From Paragordius varius (Eukaryota; Animalia; Nematomorpha): a stretch of 64,000 nucleotides of DNA. The DNA lies in NCBI GenBank assembly GCA_964247055.1, contig OZ176052.1, forward strand, positions 3,968,001 through 4,032,000. The letters are read 5' to 3'. The notes under the pieces are model-generated. The model searched no databases, was not told the origin of the DNA, and saw only the letters and a list, made by a program, of their open reading frames with translations. The position numbers and the translations under genes are program-made. This document shows positions 37,785 to 50,300 of this stretch, in pieces; positions within the stretch are counted from its first letter, which is position 1, and the number at the start of each line of letters is the position of its first letter.

Positions 37785-40700
37785 AATATATACCATTTAC
37801 GGTTCAAATTCACCCTTCAACAATTCAAATTCACCCTAAAAATAAATTATGTGTTTTCGAACTAATATAACTCATTATTAATATAAAATATATCTTTATG
37901 GCAAAAATTATTATTTTTTCAGTATTATTTTAATTTAAAACAAAATTTTATTTTTTAAAAATATATTAAAATATAGGTAATTTTTAATCTTAAAAAACAT
38001 GTTATATATTTGAGGGTGAATCTGAATTGTTTGAGGGTAAATTTGAATTATTTAAGGGTGAATTTGAACTGTAAATGGTATATATATATATATTTAATAT
38101 TTATATACAGGCAATAATTTTCAAGATGTCGGTAGCAATTTTACTCAAAACGCATCTCTCATGAGTAATACAATTTCAACTTCAGATCAAAATGTCATTA
38201 GTTCTGCTTTTGTTAGCCCTGTTCCATCAAGTATGGTTCGCATAAACCCTTATCAGCATAATCAAGGAGTTTCAATACCTTTCACTTCAAATTTAGAGTA
38301 AGTTTTTTTTTGTCTAAATTAATAGATTGTCTATGTTAATGGATGGAAATACATCAAAGTAAATTTACATAAATGTGAAATTTTTGATTACACTATTAAT
38401 ATTTGTCAACAGTAATGATAAAACAAAAAAATGCATTAGAAATGAAATCAAAAAACATATTTTAATAATATTAGGTGGTATTATATAAACTATTAATCAT
38501 TTTCTTTTCATCATCCTTGTTCTTTGATAAAGCTTCGTTGAATATTATCTTTTCTTTAAAACCTATTGTGGGATCCCTGTTAATTTATGCTAAGACATGT
38601 AATCTTCATAGGCCATTTGTCTATTAATTAAAATCATTAATGTAATTTGCTTAAATTATGCGAAAGCTTTATATATATATATATATATCACTTACAAGAT
38701 TTTAATTTGTATATAGCATAGAGAATTTTGAATCCGAAATGCTAACAGATGAAGTCGATGCAAGTTTAGCAGTCAATGGTAAGAATAAATTTAGATTAAC
38801 ACTTTATTTCCTTTTGGGGTGGTTACCCCACAATTTTAAATTTAATTAGTTTATAATATGGATGTTTTGGGCCAAAAATATATATCTATGACCTGGCATA
38901 TTATCTAAAAGTATTGTCAAAAATGAAAAAATTCGCATCTCAAATTTTTACCCCTAATGCTCTCCATTAAATGGCTGATGAAAAATTGGCATATAAATAT
39001 ATTGAAAATTAATAAATGTGTAGATTTTAATTTGACTTATTTCTATTAAGTTATATTTTTAACGGGATTAAACCTCTAAAACAGAAAATCACAATTTAGT
39101 GTTAAAAGAAAATAATTATATTAAAACAACTTATATTATATATATATATATATATATATATTATACCTTAGTTTCAAACGACGGATATTTAACCTTATCA
39201 CCACGTGAGCTATTATCAGCTGAAGATACTTCTACCCAATCGGTATATACCTTTTTAACCTCAATGTTCTTTCTGGAATATTAATTATTATTAAATTTAT
39301 ACAATAATTGAAATATTACTTTAGCTTATTGATTTGGAAAACTCGCAATTTCATACACAACAAGAAGAAAACGAATTTATTGAACAAGAGGAGATTGAAG
39401 AACAACCTGGGCCATCTAGTGCTTATGTGGAACAAAAAAGTATGGAAAAAAATTCTAAAAAAATTTTAAATAATAATTTTTTTAGAGAAACGCATAGGTA
39501 CATTTTGTGAATCAAATGATCATTTTCGATTTCTACATATATGCTTTTATCTATATTCAGGTTTTAGTCAGCAAACTCTCATTCGATTAACACCACGTGC
39601 CAAAGCTGAGATAAATAAAGTTTCAATCACACAAAACGTAAATGAGACCATACCTTTTGATTTTCGTAAGTTTTTATCAATTTTGCAAATATTTTTTCTA
39701 GGAGACATTGATTGAAGGGACTATTTTAATTGCATTTAACGTAATTTATATCGTTGAGCCATACCGATTCGATTATGACTTTATGATATAACATATATTA
39801 CAAAATATATTTTCCTTCCAATATTATAGGGGCCGAAAATATACCCTTCAATTCTAATAATCAGGAGAAATTGTGCGGCGTGGAGGTTTCATCCAATACA
39901 CAAGATAGTACAATAAATGTTAGCCATTCCACAACTACGCTTTCCACCATTCAACCTTATAGTTCGCAACAATATTCGAATTCTGCTGCGTTTTCTTCTA
40001 ATTCATATGTTGTTGGCCCCCTTACCACAACCCTATCTGCAGTGAGTAGTAATTTAACTTCAACAACGCAACAACAAGCGGCATCAACATCATCAACGTC
40101 TACTAATCGCATAAGTTTAGTTTCTGGTCTTTCAATCTATAGTACTCAACATAGCCAATCATTGGCTTCCACTACACTTAATATGCCTTTGAGTGCTTTT
40201 ATAAGTGGTGGTGGTGGTGGACAAGGTACCGCTAATCCTATCAATGCATCACACAGTTTATTATTAACTAATACCAATAATTTTATCAAAATGGGAGGAA
40301 AATTTTCTNNNNNNNNNNNNNNNNNNNNNNNNNNNNNNNNNNNNNNNNNNNNNNNNNNNNNNNNNNNNNNNNNNNNNNNNNNNNNNNNNNNNNNNNNNNN
40401 NNNNNNNNNNNNNNNNNNNNNNNNNNNNNNNNNNNNNNNNNNNNNNNNNNNNNNNNNNNNNNNNNNNNNNNNNNNNNNNNNNNNNNNNNNNNNNNNNNNN
40501 NNNNNNNNTGCAAGTAACCTAATAACATCAGCAATCAATACAACAAATTCTCAAACCTTTATGGCTGAAAAAAAGGATCAATCTATGCCACTGAACTTTA
40601 AGGAACCACCCCTGTCATTGGCTAATTTAACGTTTGCTCAACATTTAAAAATGCGTGCACCTTATCCCAGTGCTTCTAATCCGAATAAAAGGGGAGGAGG

Positions 40701-40962
40701 TCGACAATTTTTGGGGTTTGGGGGTCCAAGGCTCCACCATCATCGTGGAACGCCAAATTATAAACGAGGCAGACGGGGAAATAATAATACTCATCAAGGT
40801 CGTGGTAATAGAGGAACTACGAATTTTAGCATAAACAGAAACGTTGGGGCAGGAAATCATACTAATATAGCAGGGAATAATAATAATGTAAACACTTTGA
40901 CGAAAACTCCAACAAAAAAGGATAAAGATAACATTGGTGGTGATGGGAATGCGACGAATTGA
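16801..40962 (+). CDS. TPR: Nucleoprotein TPR / Megator / Mlp1 (nuclear basket coiled-coil protein)
   Basis: Exons joined in consistent phase: 16801-16957, 16980-17084, 17110-17183, 17206-17302, 17329-17432, 18925-19038, 19482-19625, 20052-20289, 20595-20789, 21310-21461, 22968-23335, 24032-24106, 25479-25806, 25989-26082, 26322-26491, 26846-26989, 27391-27564, 27826-27966, 28355-28574, 29249-29329, 29492-29664, 29969-30319, 30803-30913, 31025-31191, 31555-31711, 32009-32262, 32533-32643, 33116-33245, 33769-34014, 34369-34426, 34497-34568, 34829-35187, 35715-35832, 36202-36309, 36764-36874, 37345-37515, 38111-38297, 38717-38778, 39172-39242, 39325-39439, (39486-39497), 39561-39665, 39830-40962. 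Diagnostic segments: MTFSELYALY...EIEEKGPLLIKQNRDY (cf. MKLTELYNAY...EVEAKAPILKRQREEY), NNILGNIKTLQ, EEHLANYRSMAENMEKQL, KIRALARKYK, RLASLKSQYEARINKM, AVSIKP, and an RG-rich tail. Some 3' exon boundaries are approximate. Confidence 0.88.
17643..18166. mobile_element. TTAA-flanked (piggyBac-like) MITE in TPR intron 5
   Basis: ttaa|cacttgaatacaacac...ggggtagttggatacc at the left end and cccaatttgaatcgaagtg|ttga at the right. The body matches 41772-42302 and the 51-52 kb copies. Confidence 0.7.
19762..20029. mobile_element. CCATTT-family MITE (diverged) in TPR intron
   Basis: Left arm has tcaaatttacc(c)t repeats; right arm has agggtgaattt/agggtgagtttgaa repeats. Confidence 0.65.
24388..25450 (+). 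mobile_element. Near-full-length degraded Mos1-like mariner in TPR intron
   Basis: Ends ctggtgtaatagtcactaccggtttaac and ttagataacctgg|ta. Remnant motifs in order: ACETW (~24655), WVPH (24826), DEKW (24921), DKVILLHNNA (25161), YPLNSSDLAPSD (25221), HGIHILLDRWAK (25370). Frameshifted and stop-ridden. Confidence 0.85.
35348..35660. mobile_element. CCATTT-family MITE, TA-flanked, in TPR intron
   Basis: ta|ccaattacagttcaaatttaccctt ... agggtgaattcgaattgtaaatgg|ta, with subterminal ttcaaattcaccct repeats. Confidence 0.8.
37793..38078. mobile_element. CCATTT-family MITE, TA-flanked, in TPR intron
   Basis: ta|ccatttacggttcaaattcaccctt ... aagggtgaatttgaactgtaaatgg|ta: near-perfect TIRs with a TA TSD, adjacent to a (TA)n tract. 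Confidence 0.85.
40309..40508. other. Assembly gap (200 N) inside the TPR terminal exon
   Basis: Run of N. The apparent frame continuity across it depends on an arbitrary gap size. Confidence 0.99.
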
Positions 40963-41479
40963 TTGAGAAAATAAGAAAAAAAAAGACACGTTATAGAATA
41001 TATAATGTATTTAGTTTTTGTTTTTTAGATACATGGTATTCAATTAATAAATTTCAAAGTCATCAGTTTTTGGGGTACAAAAAGTGATTTGTGTGACTAT
41101 TTGCGAAATATGTTTTAATCCTATGTTAAACGTTGTGTTTTATTATTATGTGCTAAATCTGTGACTTTTCTTTATATCTTTAATATTAAAAACAGTGCCT
41201 AAAACAAAGACTGATTAAGCCATAATTTGATAAAATTCTTGCAAAACTTAAAGACTCATTCCTGAGATATTGCAATAGGTTAAAAATGAGAGGATTTGCA
41301 TTTTAGTTATTGCAACAGATATGGTAATAATCAAAAATTACATAATTAAATAGAAGCAATATATATTTATTAATGTAAGGTACTTAGATTAACTTCATTT
41401 ATCTGAGAAAATTTTGAAGATTCCTTAGCCGTTTAAGAAAAATGGGAATAACTATCAAGGCTTATAGGTTTAAAGAGTT

Positions 41480-42430
41480 ATTACTACAGGGCTTTACCAG
41501 TTTTTGGTAAAAGTGCACTTTATCGTCTTTGTGTGGTCTACCTAAGCGTCTTCTATCTTTGAGATTGGAATCGCAACTTTAAATTTAACCATTTTTCCAT
41601 GTTCACCATATGTTTCTACCAGCAACCGATGACTTTTAACAGCTTTTTTCTGATGAAATATTGCAAATCTTGCCGCAAATGTTCTTTTTTAGTCACACAA
41701 TACGACATGATTATTGGATGATAAAAATAAGGCGCTAGTTTTTGGCGGGCCATTGTATGTGTTAGTTTTAACACGATCAACATATTCCTCTTTGTTCTTC
41801 AATTCTAATTAGGGTAGTTGGATGTACCATGATTGTTTAAAATTAAATAATTCAAAAAATATGGAAGGTACCGAAGCTATGGCAAAAGTTCGCATTTATA
41901 TAACATTAATTAACCAAAATATAAAAAAAATCAAACATACTTGTTATCTTTTTTAAAGCATCAAGGTAATTAATTTAGTCAACATGACATGTGGGCATTA
42001 GCTAAATTAAAAATACAAAATAAACCACTTCTGCATCTATATATGTTGGATGTGATTTAAATATAAATTTAGCTTTAAAATTAGATAAACACCATATTTT
42101 GCAAAAATGTTTGGAAATAAAAATGGCGTTGAAATAGTTTGGTATGGAACTTTTTTCAAAACTAAATTTTATTTGGAGTCGGCTTACATGTATAATTTTT
42201 ATTAGGACAGAAGCATAAATTTAAATTTGGACCGTTTTTGGTAGTTTTTAAATATCAACTTTATAGTCTGGGTATTTAAATACACCAATTTAAATTGAAG
42301 TGTTAATGTCCGATTAACATAATGCATCTTTTCAAATTAATCGCCTAAGTACTTCCCGCTGACGTCTCATTGTAAAAAAGCATAAAAACGATCATTGCAT
42401 TATAAAGGTAGACCTTGATTCATTTATACC
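41480..42430 (-). mobile_element. Internally deleted mariner (5' part) interrupted by a TTAA-flanked MITE
   Basis: Minus strand 41520-41690 encodes remnants EHLRQ...HQKKAVKSHRLLVETYGEH and ...GRPHKDD (Mos1-type N-terminal HTH region). After the MITE, cgctgacgtctc (~42357) matches the 5' UTR of the 24388 copy (gaagacgtcagcg). Confidence 0.65.
41772..42302. mobile_element. TTAA-flanked (piggyBac-like) MITE
   Basis: ttaa|cacgatcaacatattcc...agggtagttggatgtacc at the left end and ccaatttaaattgaagtg|ttaa at the right; TTAA on both sides. Confidence 0.75.
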
Positions 42431-42504
42431 ACATTTTAAAGTAATTTTATATTAAACAAATCATCTTTAAACCAGAAGTGTTTGACATGCGGCCATCAAA
42501 AAAT

Positions 42505-42790
42505 ATACACTAAAAAGTAAAACTATACGGACAAAATGTAAAAAAAAGACAAATATTTCTAAAAGACACTCATACTTTCAAAACTTTAATTAATTTTATA
42601 ACTCATTGTTTTGACCTGTAAAGTATGAAAAAGAGATGTAAATTGGTAACACAATCAATTATGTATTTTACGATTGTAACTAAATGTTTTTATAGGATAA
42701 ATTAATGTTAAATAAAGATGGTTGTCTTTTAAAAAAATAAATTTGTCTATATATTTTTATATTTTGTCCGTATAATCCAATTTTATTGTA
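42505..42790. mobile_element. Small MITE with ~35-bp inverted ends
   Basis: tacactaaaaagtaaaactatacggacaaaat vs attttgtccgtataatccaattttattgta; an inner agacaaat/atttgtct pair is also present. Confidence 0.55.
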
Positions 42791-43413
42791 TTATTTACAA
42801 AATAGTTAAAATTAAATTTAAAAATAAATAAAACTTCTTTCCTTTAGATATTATTACTAAATATTCACCATTATTGTTGGGTTGTTATATAAAAAATTTT
42901 GGAGAGTTAAAAGAGATTATGTAACCTTATATTAAGGTATTTTGTAACTAACTTTAAAATATAATCCACTTATTAGTTTTCATAATGGATTCGACTATAA
43001 AACCCTCAAAATCACTGCCCTTGACCCCTTAAGATACAAAAATTTAAGATAGGCTGATTACATTTATTGTAAGCGACCAATTAAATAAATCCAAATAATA
43101 AAAACCTACACAACAACAAACAGCTGGCTATGTACTCTAAGAGATGAAAATTAAACATAATTGGAAAATGGATTTCATTCAAAAATTTACGATTATTTAA
43201 AAGATATATCATACAAAATTAGGTCAAAATTAAAAAAGCAAGCAGATGCGAAGATATTTTTGTTGGTTTGATCTAAAGGCAAATATTGTTGACGTAATAA
43301 ATAGCAAAACTAGTAATTAATGGTTATATAAATTGTGATTATTGTTTGTAAGACCCCCCGGTCATATAGTCACACGGTCAGTACAATCCTAATGTTAACA
43401 TATATTTATTCTA

Positions 43414-44008
43414 CCATTTGCACTTCAAAAGTGTCCCTGAACATTTCAAGTTGGTCCTTAAACACTTCAAGTTGACCCTTAAACACTTCAAGTTGGTCCT
43501 TAAAATTTTTAAATATTCCATAATTTTTGCATGTATTTTTTTATTTCATTTAAACATAAAATTTTTTATTCATAAACCACTTTTTTATTTCAAACTAATA
43601 TTTTACAATTTAAAAAAATTATCAACTTTTAAATGTTTTCGATGAAAAATATTAAATAATAACCCAGAAAACTTAAATATTTTTTAATTACGTGTTAAAA
43701 TCTTATAAATATCAAAAATAATTTTAAGAAATTAATAAGGATATACGATATCTCAAAGATTAAAAGTTGATATTTATTAAAAATATATGTTGAAATAATA
43801 GAAAATATGTTAAAAACAATAAAGTAGATGAATGATATAAGATTGGATTGATAAAAGTTAAAAATAAAACAAAAAAGTCAAAGGACCCACTTGAAGTGTT
43901 TAAGTACCAAGTTGAAGTGTTCAAGGACCAGCCTGAAGTATAAAGACCACCTTAAAATGTTCAAGGACCAACTTAAAGTGTTCAAGGGCACTTTTGAAGC
44001 GCAAATGG
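43414..44008. mobile_element. 595-bp TA-flanked MITE with CCATTTG TIRs and 21-bp subterminal tandem repeats
   Basis: ta|ccatttgcacttcaaaagtgtccct ... agggcacttttgaagcgcaaatgg|ta. Three copies of acacttcaagttggtccttaa lie on the left arm and ~5 inverted copies on the right. Confidence 0.85.
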
Positions 44009-44352
44009 TATCAAATTACGGAATTTTATCAATAATAATACATGAAAATCTTTACTTTAAATCGAACCTCAAATTTAAATTAATTCATTTGGTTTACACT
44101 TTTGACTAAAAAAGATTTTAGCCAATTTTTCCCAAAAATATAATAACTTGATGCAAATGATAAATTTATTTATTTGACCAGTAAATTTACAATGAAATTA
44201 AAACAAAAAATATTCGACATAAATGATTAGGCTGCATGAAATATGTACATATTTATAAGAAAAGAGTTTAACTATAGTCATTTACACAAAAAAATATGAT
44301 GCATATGTATTGTAATTACATAAAAATAATCAAAATCGGTAAAATATCACAA

Positions 44353-47300
44353 TTATCGGATTTGAATGATGCCAATATCAATCAATTTTTGAATTTTCTC
44401 AGCGATATTTGGATTCTTTAAATGCCTAAAAATAATATAAGCATAATATAAATTAATATCAAAGAGAAAATATTTTAAAGCTCAAAGAACATATAACAAA
44501 ATAAAAAGTATCATTAATGAATACAGACAGTATAATGGTTGCTGATTTCACAATATAGTAGGGCAATTCGCAACACAGGAGTGTATGGAAAAAAGAAAGG
44601 AATTAATTATTTGTTCAACATTTTGTTGTTTTTCCAACACTACTGTTTTGCGAATTGCCCTACTAAAGTGAATAAGTAACCATTAAAATGCATACTGTAA
44701 TTAATAAATTATTTAACACCAATGTATGATTTAAATTTATTATTATAATGTAGTAAAATAATAAGCCGTAATTAAGTTAAGAAGCCGTAAATAAAAAATT
44801 AAAAAACGTCAATTTTTTGTAAAATTCATCATATTTTTAAAATCCCTAAATATATATATATTTATATATATAGTAAAGGAACCCCAATTCAATATTTCTC
44901 AACCCCGATATCTAACCTTATAAAGTTACATAAGTAAATCTAAAAATTAATCTAATAGCTTTAGTCTATTTAAAAAAGCTTTTATTAAAATATTTTCAGC
45001 ATTATTTAAACATTTTTTTGTCATGAATATCTCCTTTGTAAAAAGATTAAAATACTCTTTGAGGGCTTTAGGGTCAGTTTGCATTTGTTCCAAAATCATT
45101 CGCATAGCAGGATCGCTCAAAATAGCTTGAACTTCTGGATCAGACATGGCTTTAGCTTTAACCTCATCCAATGTTTGATTTTGGGTGGAACCGAGGGCCA
45201 TATAACATTTACGCATGCCTTCCATCGCTTCCTACATAAATTATATAGTTTATGTTTGGATATCAAAATGATTATAAATTTTTTGTAAAAACTTTAGTAA
45301 ATATTTGAAATATAAAGACAAAACGAACTAAAATATGTTATAAAAGACAACCATACTTTTTAAACCAAACGACACAATTAAAATATTGAAATATATGATT
45401 GAGTGTATTACTAATTTACATCTTTATTTCCAATTTTGTACCCAAAATAATGAGTTATATAAAAATACTAAGGTAAAAAAGTATTGTTTTCTTTTTTAAA
45501 ATAATATGTCTTTTATTTTGTATGTTTTATTTATTTATTTGAATTTTATTGTAATATTTGATTCTAATCTCAAATAATGACAATAAATTTATATTTTGTT
45601 ATAAAGATGGTATATTCCGATTACTGATGCATTTATAATCGTAAACGTGACTGCTTTAAAAATAAGCAGTCAAATTTTTTGACCATGGGTTTATTCACGT
45701 TATAATAAATAGGAAAACAATTAAGAAAAAAATTGTCTTAAAAAATTTTGATGTCAGTACTAAAAGCAGTTTAGTTAATTGCATATTGGATTCAAACATA
45801 TTTTCATAAGGATTAATTAAATGACCATGAACATAATTTAATGCAAATGTTCTCTTATAATCACACGTAATTTCTAAATTAATCGAGCAATCTTAAAAAG
45901 TAGTTTCAGAATAAAAAATACCTGAGAATTTGGTTCAAGTTCGAGTGCCTTTTGATAAGCCGACATTGCTTTCGAATTCTCTTTAAGGCCCAAAAGAATG
46001 TGACCTTTCCGTATGTAAGCCTTAACTGCAAGCACAAAATAGTTTATATTAAATTTGAAATATACAATTTTCATTGGCTAATTTATTATATATTAATAAA
46101 AATAATGGGGTAAAATATAAAAAATAAAAGTCCATTTTTTAAACAAAAACATCGCTTTAAAATTTATTTTTTTGCAAATCGTAAATTATATATAATTTGT
46201 ATGAAATTAGCAAAAATGGATTTGAGTTATTAAAAAACCCTAGACCCAAAATAATCATAAATTATAGAAAAAATTGGAATCAAAAATATAGTTAACTTCA
46301 TATATAAACACAGCCTTACTTTCTAAGAGTTATATTTTTACGCGCCTTAAATAATCACTTTATGGTAATCTAACGGTCTAGAGTTCACCGTAAAATGATA
46401 ATAAACTAAATTACATTATTGATGCTCAAATTTTCAAGAGCATCTTTAAGAGATTTAACAAAAGAATATAAAACAAAATGTATAAAATTTACCAAAGTTG
46501 GGGTCAATTTCAATGCACTTTTCACAATCAGCCAGTCCAAGTCGAAACTCGGCAAGTTTTGTATAGCAGGCCGCTCGGTTGCTGTAAAATACAGCCTCGT
46601 CCGGATTCCTCTTTATAGCTTCGGAGTAATGTTTCAGTGCATCCGGATAATTTCCTATTATTATGAATTATAAGGACAAAACGTAAAAACTGAAATGCAA
46701 ATGATTGCAATCGTAAACTACACAATTTATTATGTTATCAATTTACATCTCTTATCCGCAATACAAAATAATAGGTTATATTTAAAAAAATAAAGGTATA
46801 AAAAAGTGTAGTTATTGTCTTTAAAAAATATTTCTTTTTGTATATCATTATATTTCCATTTTTACTGCAAGTAAATTTAATAATAAGTGACAAATTTGGC
46901 ATGGTTAATTAGCTTTAAGGCTTATACCATAAGGTTAATTTTGTTGAAATAAATGAAAAAGTCAGGAATAAAAACATTTATAAGACATATTGATTCCATC
47001 TTCGTCTTAAAATTTATTAATTTATGTTTTATGCAACAGGATATAAAATTTGTAATATAATATAATCTTTTTACGTCTAAAACCCACAATATTGGGACTC
47101 TGACTACTATTTCTTGAAAAATGTAAAATCTTTACAATATTCCAATGTTAATGAACTTAAAAAAAGACCAATTTACTCAATAAACGATTATATAAATACC
47201 CTTCTGAAACAATTCATTTCCTTTATTCTTTTCTTCCAAAGCGATTTCAGGATTAATGTAAGCCTTTCGTTCCTCTTCTTTCTTAATCTTTTGTAGCTAA

Positions 47301-50300
47301 AAATTTTGAAAAATTATAAAAACAACCCACTCAAATTTTAACAAAATAGTCAAAAGTATAATCCTTATTCAGCTCAAAATTTAACCATTCAATAAATAAA
47401 AAAATTAAACCTCATTAACTTTTTTGACTATGACAGGGTCTCTGTGTTCAACCAAAGATTTTTGATAAAAATTAATGGCGTTTGTCCAATCATTTTGTTT
47501 GCTATATGCATTTCCAATTCTGGAATACGCTCTTTATAAATTGAATTTTTAGAAATATTTTAGCGAAAAATTATTTGAAATTTATATAAAATAATTTACT
47601 TGGCTAAAAGTTTATAATCAGATCTATTTTCTTTGCCAATTTCGATGGCCTTTTTGCAAAGTTCGATGCATTCCTCTAACTTTCCTTGTTCAAAAAACAC
47701 GGCTAAAAATATTAATTTAATTAGATTAATAAAAATATATACATTAAAACTTTTATTGCCAATTCTTTAATAAACATTAAAAGGTATTATTCATGTATCT
47801 ATTAGCAAGAGTTTTATAATTGATAAATTAAAAAGCATTTCAATACAAAAAATTTCTTATCAATTTTAATCCATCCAATATTTGGACAAAAGGGGATATA
47901 TTAAGTATAAAAAATATTTCAAATCGTAAGTTTATAAATTTTGTTTAAAGTCAAACTTTTTTTTAAATTAATAAAAAAATTACCTGATTTGTTGGTTAAG
48001 AAAGTTATGTTTGTAGGGTCGAGTTCAATAGCGGCATCGTAATGTTTAATGGCTTCATCAAAACGTTTTTGTTTGTAGGCTTCGTTGCCCAAATCTTTTT
48101 CTTTCAGAGCCTAACAATATATACATACCATTTACATTTCAAACTCACCCTGAATTCAAATTCACCCTAAAATAAATTAAGTGTTTTTTAAGATTGAAAA
48201 TTCCGTATATTTTTTATATTTTTAAAAAACGAAATTTTGTTTAAAATATAAATAATACTGAATAAATAATAAACTATGCCATTAAGCTATATATCATATT
48301 TATGAGGAACATTTAGCCCAAATCATATAATTTATTTTAGGGTGAATTCAAATTGTAAATGGTGTATATAAGTAATTTTAAATTTAAAAAAATAAATAAT
48401 TAAAAAATATATAAAATAATAAAAAAATATAAGACAAAAATTTGACTTCCGGTTAAAAACAATTTTTGGGTAAAAAGTAATTCTAGTTGATACTTTTCGT
48501 TGATCATCTGTTAAATCAACATTCATGGATTCATCTTCTGCAGATCGGTGTTGAGTTTGTGATGTTTTGGTTGTTGAACCTATAGATATACAAAATTCAT
48601 AATTGTTTATATTATTTAAAGTTAATAAATATTTACACATATTTAAACACCGAGTAAAATACTCAAATTTGGGTAATAAGTGATATAAAATTTTATTTCA
48701 AAGATTATTTTTCCCTCTATTTTTATATAAGATATATATATATATATAAGGTACATTATATAATTCATGTTTATATGAAAAAATTTAACCACTAAAACAT
48801 ATAATTAGGTTAAAAAAAATTTAAAAAAATTCCAATTTACAAATATGACAGGTTTTAAAAGTAAAAATAAAAGTAGTACCATTTTTTGTGTTATTATGGT
48901 TAAAGGTTGAAGTAGGCCCTCCTTTGCTACCGTTAACGGAAAAATTATCACCATGGGAAGGGGAGTCTTCAGCATCCATTGCATTCATATCGATGCCAAG
49001 TAAAACGCTCAGGGATGTCATAACGCGTGGATCCATTAATTTACTGTTGTTGTGATATATATATATATATATATCTCATTATTTCATAAATTAGATTGAC
49101 CACAAATTAAAACTTTTGCGGCAAATGAATACGCTGGTCATAAGCTATCATCTCATGAAAAAAAAATTAACCATCTTTTTTGCACACAATATATAACATA
49201 TATATATATATATATATATTAGATTGTTGATCCATTTACATTATTTTTCGCCAATTGTTAATACAGTAGCGTATGTGGTTAATAAACAACAAATGGTAAA
49301 AATTTATTTTCTATCTTACAAACACTAAATTTAATTTGATTATCGACAAAATGTGTTTTATATCATACGCTAGTGTATTATCAATCGGCCAACAATAGTG
49401 AATTGATCAACATTAATGTGCATAGATATGGGTTAAATACAGTGAGTTCATTTCTTTTTCATTTAGTCCAGTGTGAACATTAATTTTAAAATCTTTATTC
49501 AATAATTATGGGTATTTTTTTAATTTTTCGGGATGAGTAGCAATAAAAATAATTATATTTTTATTTTATGGCTAAATATTTATAATATGTACTGAAATAA
49601 TTAAATAAAAAAACCAGGTGTTAATCTAAATTTGCAATCAATTACGAAATTCATAGGTTAAAATTCGTTAAAAAATTTTAAAATACCACATTATAAATCC
49701 TTATATAATAGTCAAAAAGTAGCTAATAATCCATACGTAGAAAGTGCTTTTGGATTAGTTTGTAACTCCATGAGCAAAGCCTGGTAATCGGGTTGATTGA
49801 AATAATCTTTGGTTCTAGGGTCATTGCGTAATTTGTTGAGAGCGCCTGGACCCCCAAACAAATTGGGTAAGCCCATAGAAGAAGGTCCACCTCCATTTGA
49901 ATGCCCGGTAGTCCCACCCCCAAATGGGTTAAAAGCGTCTGGAGATAGAAATTATTAGAGATATAAATTTATTGCATAAAGTAGATGGTCTTAAGAAAGA
50001 TTCCCTTAAAACAAAGCCTGGAAATCAGATCATGCTGATGATCATTCTTCTTTGCTTAAGTAAGACCCTGATTAAAAATCGTTTATAAATTAAGAGCATA
50101 GTATTCCAATTATGGATAAATTCCCTCAATATCACCAAAAATAATAGCTAAAATTAATTTTTAATTTTGAAAATATATTGATCATTATGCTTAATGATGC
50201 GGATAAGGACCCGTATTTTTTTTCGGAATCTTTGAAAAAAAATTACTTACCAAAATAAATATCTATTATAAATGTAAAACCAATAAGCATGGACCATAAT

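Noticed and set aside
40509-40962. RG/His-rich TPR tail as a novelty
   Set aside because: An RG-rich C-terminus is an established feature of TPR orthologues, and the frame upstream depends on an assembly gap.
28447-40989. Minus-strand ORFs at 28447-28716, 33747-33986, 34800-35096, 40146-40538 and 40645-40989
   Set aside because: They are antisense shadows of TPR exons with no independent motifs; two of them span the N gap.
43418-44109. Two short ORFs with heptad-like repeats (FKLVLKH / KMFKDQL) and regularly spaced 21-bp repeats that superficially resemble a CRISPR array or a coiled-coil gene
   Set aside because: The repeats are contiguous with no unique spacers, lie in inverted orientation at the two ends of a TA-flanked MITE, and the context is eukaryotic.
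9683-49220. Numerous (TA)n tracts producing YIYIYI ORFs
   Set aside because: Simple microsatellites, often at TE insertion sites; not coding.
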